Assembly: GCF_022045235.1 (NCBI RefSeq)
Contig: NW_027266330.1
Span: forward strand, 4,154,001 to 4,218,000
Source of the DNA: Haliotis cracherodii
Lineage: Eukaryota
Reading direction: 5' to 3'
DNA: 64,000 nucleotides
Below, piece by piece: positions 11,801 to 20,800 of the stretch. Every line of letters starts with the position of its first letter. The first letter of the stretch is position 1. The notes below the pieces were generated by a model, which made no database searches, had not been told where the DNA came from, and was given only the letters and a program-made list of their open reading frames with translations. A program made the translations under genes and the position numbers.

Positions 11801-14800
11801 CCACGCATACCACCGACTGTCTGTTTTATAGCTGCGTAAATCATATGTTACTATTTGTCTTCCCCAAAATAATCAAATCAGAATTAACCCATATCTATCT
11901 TCTCATACCTCATGGCCGCGTGTGCATTCTGCCGTGATAAAATAACTGCCGTGATAAGCCTGTTGTTGGATACTGATAGTTTCCTATATTCCCTTATACT
12001 TGATTTAGATATGGAATATCTCTACAACAAATGTATGATAGTTATATTAATAAACATAGTTGTTATTTTATTGATATTTAGCGCCAGTTGAATAAGTTAT
12101 TACCTGTTTCTACAATCATTTGCCGATTAAAAGGATAATTAGTTTTATTGTTGACCTTGACCTAACCACCAGTCCAGCAGTTCATGGGGGACGCCCACCT
12201 GAAGGACAATGTGACGGACATTGAGCTGGCCAATCGCTGGATCGTCGAGCCGGCTAGCAGAAGTGTGAGTTTAACGGAGGGAACAGCAATGTTAGCACTT
12301 GCCTCTGTATTACGCCTTGTGACCATATTACCCCTTGTGACCATATTACCCTTGTGATCATATTACCCTTGTGACCGTATTAACCCTTGTGACCATATTA
12401 CCCCTTGTGACCATATTATCCCTTGTGACCATATTACCCCTGTGACCAAATTACCCCTTGTGACCATATTACCCTTGTGACCATATTACCCTTTGTGACC
12501 ATGTTACCCCTTGTGACCATATTACTAGCTGTAACTATAGCACCAGAATAATGTAACCAAATAACCATATTATAAATTGAGACCACTTGTGCCCAAGCTA
12601 CTAAGTGTGACATATCCACTCCTTGTGACAATATTACCAGATGTTACCAAATTACCAGTTGCGACAATATTACCAGATGTTACCAAATTACCAATTGTGA
12701 CAATATTACCTGATATTACCAAATTTCCAATTGTGACAATATTACCAATTATGGCCATATTACTATTTGTGAGAAACATTCCAGTTGTGACCAACTTACT
12801 ACTTTTGACACAATTCGCGCTCCTCAGTAGCATACATAATTCATTCCGGAATGACACGTGGCCACACATGGATTGGGTAATAGCTTAGTTATGCCCCTTG
12901 CATGGCGAATTAATTTCCTAGAGTGAGATATATTAAATTACAGTGAAACGGTTTTGTGGATTCTTAATGAAGTTTCTGTTTTTTTTCAGAGATATTTACG
13001 AGATGAAGTTTTCTGTCAAGTTATCAAGCAACTGACCAACAACTCGAACAAGTGAGAATCCTAACAGTTTGATAGAAAATTACATCCTCCTTGTTATCTA
13101 CAAACTTGCATACACGCAGAACGACAAAGTTCTTAAACCCATAGCGTGTCATAAAGTTAAGTAATTTATACATTGTTAACAGATTTTGCCAGAAGAGAAA
13201 TTTATTAGGAATTAAATCAATTACATTTATTTGTATTGACGTCCCATGTTTGTCCTCATGTCGACCTTGACATTGACCCGCCACGGTGCTGTGTCTGCAG
13301 GTCAAGTGAGGAACGTGGGTGGTTGTTGTTGCTGATGCTGGCTACGACGGCGATCCCGGGGGAGGGGCTGTATGATGAGGCGCAGAAGTTTGTGCGGTCA
13401 AGCCCTCTCCCCATCGCCAAGCTGTGTGGTGAGAGGCTGGAGAGAGCTAAGACGTGAGTAGCGTTCACCGGGTCCATGGTCTCCACACATGCACTCGTGG
13501 GTACTTTAGTCTTTGTGTGTATTTTGATTGAGAACTCGTTATGGATAGAACAGTTGAAACCTATGTCAAAAGCCGGTTTTCTAAACAATAGAGCGTTTTG
13601 TTTGTTTGTGTACTGTTTGACGCCGCAATCAGCAGTATTACAGTTACTTGACTGCGACATGTAAATAATGGAATCTTGGCCAGATAATCCAGTGATTAAT
13701 TTTGTGAGCAATATGATCCACGCCGACGGGTCGCGAGGACACGCAATCCAGCAAGTCACAGAGTGTACGCTCATTGATTTACTACATGATGTGTACATGC
13801 ATGTAAACGTTAGAAAGTAACAAAACTTAAATGATTCGAAACTGTGTAAATATGTTTTATTGGACAATCATTGAAATATTTGTATTTAAGGAAGATAGAG
13901 CACCCATAATGAAAAAAATCTATAGTTAACGTAGATACTGACTAACCTAATACTGTGTAGACGCGGCTGTCGACTGTGGCCGCCCCACCCAGCTGAGCAC
14001 GACATGCTGTCCAGGAAGCTGCCCACTGTCCGAGTCAAGGTGTACATCCCAGACAACACCTGCCAGGTAAGCTTGACCTCTGGTCTTTTTGTCGTTTAAC
14101 AGTGCGTGAGTTACATTCAAGACAACTTTAAATAATATTCAAGTTATATCGTGGTACGTCAGCTTAATGTGTGGGGAAAGCCTGAAGTGATGCAGGACTC
14201 AGACGTTTACCACTTTGGTGAAACCCATGAGCACGGGTATGGTGCTGACAAACCTAGAAACAGAATCGGGGCGAACATAGGTGTCTGGCGTGCCAAACGG
14301 ACGCATCTCTGCACAGCGAATAGCGGCGTCTTAGATGACTGGGCCATCCGTGCCCGCACAACGAGTATGTGCTGTATGGTGCTGTCAAATCCAGAAACTG
14401 AATCAGAACGAACTGGATTCGAACCCGTGTATCGGTATCTGTTACACTGTCAGTCTGCAGTCGCTTTAGACATCTGGGCCCCCGGGCGCCCTTTACAAAT
14501 ACCACTCCTTGTGTACTGGAAGATGTCAGAACAGAACACGAAACACATCTGCGTTGCACATTCTCTATGACCCATCACATCATGTACACGTCAGTGTTCT
14601 TATGACCGTTAACCCATCCATTGTTCCGTCACGCTGATTAACGTCCACAGTTGTTTGACGTTGGTGTGGAACAAGATCGACCAAGTATCCTGGAAGTACT
14701 GGCTACCCATGTCCAAATGTTGGTCGAGGCCTTGCACCCCATCTATTCCACGTGGAACTGTCATGTTAGTTTCTGTATCAAGCGACACAAGTATACGACC

Positions 14801-17800
14801 CGAAACCTAATCATCGCATTATGACTGATTACTACACTAGATCTTAGTTCATGCGTTGTACAATCTCCCTCTGTGTATCGTGGAGTTATGTTGACGTGAG
14901 AGTCATCTACAGTACACATCTTAGTTATCCCCTATGTAATTACCACTGATGTAGTTCGACTTTATGTAGAAGTATGTAGAACGGCTATGATGTTGTTTTT
15001 TAAGACATTCGACGTGACGTCAGTGACGAGAATCATCGACATTAAGCGAGAGGTGTGCACGAGACTTGGCCTGAAGACGTGGGAAGAGTACAGCTTGTTC
15101 ATGAGCTTCCAGGACAGCGGTCAGTTTGTTATTTATAGTCAGTGTGTAAATGATGAACTTGTTGAAAACATAACAAATAGACAGCTATTTGAATATACAA
15201 AAGATGTGAGGATGGTGCACGTGACGCCATCTAGTGAGTCAGCATTCGTCCATGCAGTGGAAGGAAACATTGTGTCAGAACATCTCTGCACTGAATAATG
15301 ATGATCGTCCTTCAGATCTAAAAAGAAAGTTATTAGTTATTGTCCAGATTGAAATTGAAATTATTCCTGCACAGTGACATGCTAGCTTAATGAATGATCC
15401 TTGTTCCACCTTCAGTACACTCCCTCCAAGCAAACGAGTACTACTTTGACGCCCTGTCGCATGCCGAGATGTACTGGGTGTCTCAGAAAGCCGCCATTCG
15501 GGCAAGACGTAAGTATAGTAACCGACCCGTATACAGGGTGTGTGTGTGAGTGTGAGCGGGGGGAGGGGCTGGGTTGAGTCCGGCGGTCGGTCGGACGGGC
15601 GGAGGAGTAATATGGTAGGTAGTATAGGTAGTAATCTCTCAGCTGAAGCCGTAGATACTGTAGTATAGGTAATCATCTTGTGTATATATGTGGATGGAAT
15701 ATTCTTGTCTAATATTTTAATAGCAATTTACGCTGTAAGGTGAATGATGTTTTCATCATAGATACTCATGATCATTGGAACTCTGGTTCATGTGTGTCCC
15801 ACTGTGTAGCTGTAATGTCCGTCCACGTGTTCCAGTGTCCGGTCCGCTGACCCCGGTCCTGGTGATGCTGAAGAAGGTGTGGGTCAATATCAAGCCTGGA
15901 CACGACTCGGTGGCCGATGTGTCCTTCCACTTCCCGCAGGTATGTGTGCTTCCACTTCCCGCAGCTATGTGTCCTTCCACTTCCCGCAGCTATGTGTCCT
16001 TCCACTTCCCCCAGCTATGTGTCCTTCCACTTCCCGCAGATATGTGTCCTTCCACTTCCCGCAGGTATGTGTCCTTCCACTTCCCGCAGCTATGTGTCCT
16101 TCCACTTCCCGCAGGTATGTGTGCTTCCACTTCCCGCAGGCATATGGGCTGTCGGGTAGCCTAGTGGTTAAAGCATTCGCTAGTCACGCCGAAGACACGG
16201 GTTTGATTCCAAGACGGGTACAGTATGTGAAGCCGATTTCTGGTGTCCCCTGCCGTGATATTGATGGGATATTACTAAAAGCGGCGTAAAACCATACTCA
16301 CACACTCGCAGGTGTGTCTTATTGTCGTAGGTTGGTGCTATTCCACATACCGCGGGTCCAGGGAACACATATGTTGGCACATAGTTAATACTCCTTTAAT
16401 GAAAAGAAGTATGTAAGAAGAATCCAGTTATATCTTGAAAATTCAAACAGGGACAACAGTGAAACCGAGCTCTTCCTGTTGCAGGAGCTGCCCAACTTCA
16501 TCCGTGGATATCACCAGACTACAGATGACGTGACCGCCAGACTCGCATCCCTCGCGTACAGGGCCAAGTACGGCAACGAACCCAAGCCACTGAAGGAAAC
16601 ATTCAGGTACTAGTGACCATAAGCCATGTCCGTTCAGTGACACTTACTGTAATAATCTTTCTGAAGACGATCTGCAGATATATCGTTTTACAGTTGGCCC
16701 CCTTGGTCTCTATTGTTTGTTGGTTGTTTGATGCCACAATCATCAATATTCCAGTTATATTGCTATACGTCGGTATGTAAATAATCGAGTCTGGACCTGA
16801 CGATCCAGTGATTGACATGAGCATCGATCCACGCAATTGGGATACGATGGCATGCATCAACCAAGTCAGTGAGCCTGACCACCCGGTCCCGTTAGTCGCC
16901 TCTTACAACAAGCATAGTCGCCTTTTACGGCAAGCATGGGTTGCTGAAGACGGATCTTCCCCGGATCTCTACAGGCCTCTGTTTGATTTCTACTTAACAA
17001 TACTTATTGTAAATGTGTGAAGTTCATCAAATACGTCTGGAATACCACTATTTACCAGGTGTATATTCTGATGATTTCAATATTTTCAGTGAGGTCAGCA
17101 AGAGCATTGCCCCGAAGAAGCTGTTGCAGACGCAGTCCTCGGAATACTGGTCCAAGGTAGGCTAGACAGTTTACAACAATACTGGTCCAAGGTAGGCTAG
17201 ACACAGTTCACACGATACTGGTCCAAGGTAGGCTATACGCAGTTTACACAATACTGGTCCAAGGCAGGCTAGACACAGTTCACACAATACTGGTCCAAGG
17301 TAGGCTAGACACAGTTCACACGATACTGGTCAAAGGTAAAGTAGACACAGTTCACACGATACTGGTCTAAGGTTAACTAGTCACAGTTCACACAATACTG
17401 GTCCAAGGTAAACTAGACACAGTTCACACAATGCTGGTCTAAGGTTAACTAGACACAGTTCACACAATACTGGTCTAAGGTTTACTAGACACAGTTCACA
17501 CAATACTGATCTAAGGTTAACTAGTCAAAGTTAACACAATACTGGTCCAAGGTAGGCTAGACACAGTTAACACGATACTGGTCCAAGATAGGATAGACAG
17601 TTTTCAACAATACTGGTCCAAGGTAGGCTAGACAGTTTACAACAATACTGGTCCAAGGTAGGCTAGACAGTTTACAACAATACTGGTCCAAGGTAGGCTA
17701 GACAGTTTACAACAATACTGGTCCAAGGTAGGCTAGACAGTTTTCAACAATACTGCTCCAAGGTAGGACAGACAGTTTACAACAATACTGGTCCAAGGTA

Positions 17801-20800
17801 GGCTAGACAGTTTACAACAATACTGGTCCAAGGTAGGCTAGACAGTTTACAACAATACTGGTCCAAGGTAGGCTAGACACTTTACAACAATACTGGTCCA
17901 AGGTAGGCTAGACAGTTTACAACAATACTGGTCCAAGGTAGGCTAGACAGTTTACAACAATACTGGTCCAAGGTAGGCTAGACAGTTTACAACAATACTG
18001 GTCCAAGGTAGGCTAGACAGTTTACAACAATATTGGTCCAAGGTAGCCCATCTTACTGACGCACAATCATTGGTTTCGCAATGTCGGTCATCCGTGTTAT
18101 TCATTTCATTATTATGTTTGTTATCAACATAGCCATCGGAGGCAAGTTGGCGAGCAATTCGCTGTGCATGTAACATTACCTAGACAGGAACCTTTCCTTG
18201 ATGCCAATCCTCTTTTCTCCCTGATGATGTTCTTAGCTTTGTTTGCACCATAGTCATGCTGTTGGCTTTCACCACATGGTGTCAAGTCTTGCGTCCACTC
18301 ACTCACTCACCCTAATGATCAGTACCATGTTGGCAGACAATCACTCAGTACTACGACGAGGGTAAGGATCTGAGCCAGGATCAAGCAAAGGCCTCCTTCC
18401 TCAAGGTCATTAGCCAGCTCACGACATATGGATCCATATTCTTTGAAGTCAAGGTAAGTGACCATTCAACATGGCTGTGACGCATTCAAGACACATTGCT
18501 CTAAGAGCTGTTGATTAATTACCAACCCTTTTCAAAACTCTGTTCAAAACTCTGCTATTACATACTAATCGAAAGACACAAGCACATAAGCAACTGCAGC
18601 ATATATGTCAAAGTAACCTTCGAGGTAAACAATATTGTCCACGAATGGCCATACACTATCCCCACTGAATATGAAAGCAACCATTTCACAATCACGATGG
18701 CTGTTAACAATAAATACTATGTTTGTCACAAGAGAAGTCCCAGGATCTTTGTGGTATGCTTCACGTCATCATGTTCTTGTAACATGACATGATATAATGG
18801 TGGGGGAAACATTGCTTCCAGCAACGAGCTCAAAAAGACCTTCCCAAGAACCTCCTGGTGGCGATCAATATGACAGGGCTGCACCTGATTGACTCCAACA
18901 CAAGGGTGAGTTCACCACTTACTGAACAGCTTGGAGCCAAAAGGGGCTAAAATGCACTTTGGCCTTTTTGGCATATTATTGCACAAATAACATGTATGAA
19001 TATTTGTAGAAAAAATATGTCATGTTTTCATTGATAAGTTTTTGAAATATAGCCACTTAAAATTCTGTAAAAAGGGCCAAAGTCACTTAAAGTTTGCTAG
19101 ATTTTGTCCCTTTTAGCTCTCATTTCCGTGTGGGTTGTGTAAGAGATTTTGAAAGTTTGGAAACATTATTATTATGTTTCATCTATTTCAACAAAGTTGA
19201 CATTAGTTTAAATTATTTAAAAGAACTTTGCTAGTATGTGTTTGTACTTTCAGTAGTTGTTTTATCAATCTCACCTGTTAGATCCCATGCAAATGCTTGA
19301 GGGTAAAAAGGGCCAAGATACAGACATTGGCCCTTTCCAACCTCACACAAATTCAAACGTAAGCTTATTTCTTTTCTTAAATGTTTTTAGCAACATTTAT
19401 ATGTCTGTTGTCGGAATTCGTTAAAGTTCAGGAATTTATCGGTGAATAAAAATTGTTCATTAGCATGCATATGGTTATGGCTTGCATCAGTTTTCTCAAA
19501 ACGGACTCCACGTGACAATGCCTTTGGGGCTGAAGTCTGTCGACTGTGTACTGCTCTGTCTTCACGCTGGGTGTGGGTGTGACCGGGGATTGTCTTGCAA
19601 TGTTCCGACTTCATCACGGCTGACTGGCGCTAGCTGAATCTAGGCCAGACAAACCAGTGATTGATAGCATGAACAACGGTCACCTTATCTCCACCAGACA
19701 CGCGCTGCCTCGGTATATCCACTGGCTGCCTTGTGCTGTGGTGACATTCTACTTCATATCTATTGTACGCAATCCAATGGTAATGAGGTGAGATGAGGTG
19801 AAACTGGTTTTTATATAACGTCCCGTTCAGGTCACATGATACTGTCTCAGAGCCGACCGTCATTGTGTGATCTCCTTAATGTCGAGCGCCAGGCAGGGAA
19901 ACAACAAATGTCATAAAGATGAGAAATTATGGGTGTCAGCTTCTTTATTATGAGGAACACAACGTTTGGAGTATATGCTTACTCCTTCATCAGGTGAATA
20001 AATGCTATGAGGCAGAGAACTGAACATTTATATGTACCTGTAGGAACAACAAAAGTAATAAGATAACGAAGGTGGAAACTTAACAATGAAAGCCAACAGT
20101 TAATTGTCGCTGATAGGTGATCAAAAATGAACCAATGCCATCGCTAACGTCTGTTGGTATGACGCGGCCGGGGATCTTACCCCGACATTCTGCTGTCTGG
20201 ACTCTATCCACTAGACCACGGAGGCGGTCCACACACTGTGGGGACACACGTTTAATACACAATGTATCCATCACATGCTGTCGGTCGTTACAGTGTACAA
20301 TCCCTTAACATTTAACACTCATTAAAGTTTTCGACATCTACTGTCATATGTGCATGGTGTGTTCTCTCCATTGCAGAGAATGTTGAGGACACTGGAGTTC
20401 TCACAGATCCCCAACTGGGCCTTCGACGAAGACTCCATCACGCTGATGGTGATAGATGGGACGAACACCATCAAGATGCTGCTGGAAACAAGCGTGGTAA
20501 CTATGGGAACATATCTGACATACGCAGACTCCCCAGGGAGCTGATAAAGAAACTGAGTGAACGATGATCCAAAGACTTGGGTATTAACAATATGGAGCAT
20601 TCTTTTGGAGAATGGACTCTGATGCATTATACCCAGACTTAGTGTTATACTGGGGGGCACGGGTGGCCAAGTCGTCTAAGGCGCCGCGATTCGCTGTGCA
20701 GAGTTGCGTCCCTTGGACATGCCAGAAACCTATGATTGTGGGTTCGAATACCGGTTCGTCCCGATTATGTTTCTAGGTTTGTCAGCGCCATACCCGTGAT

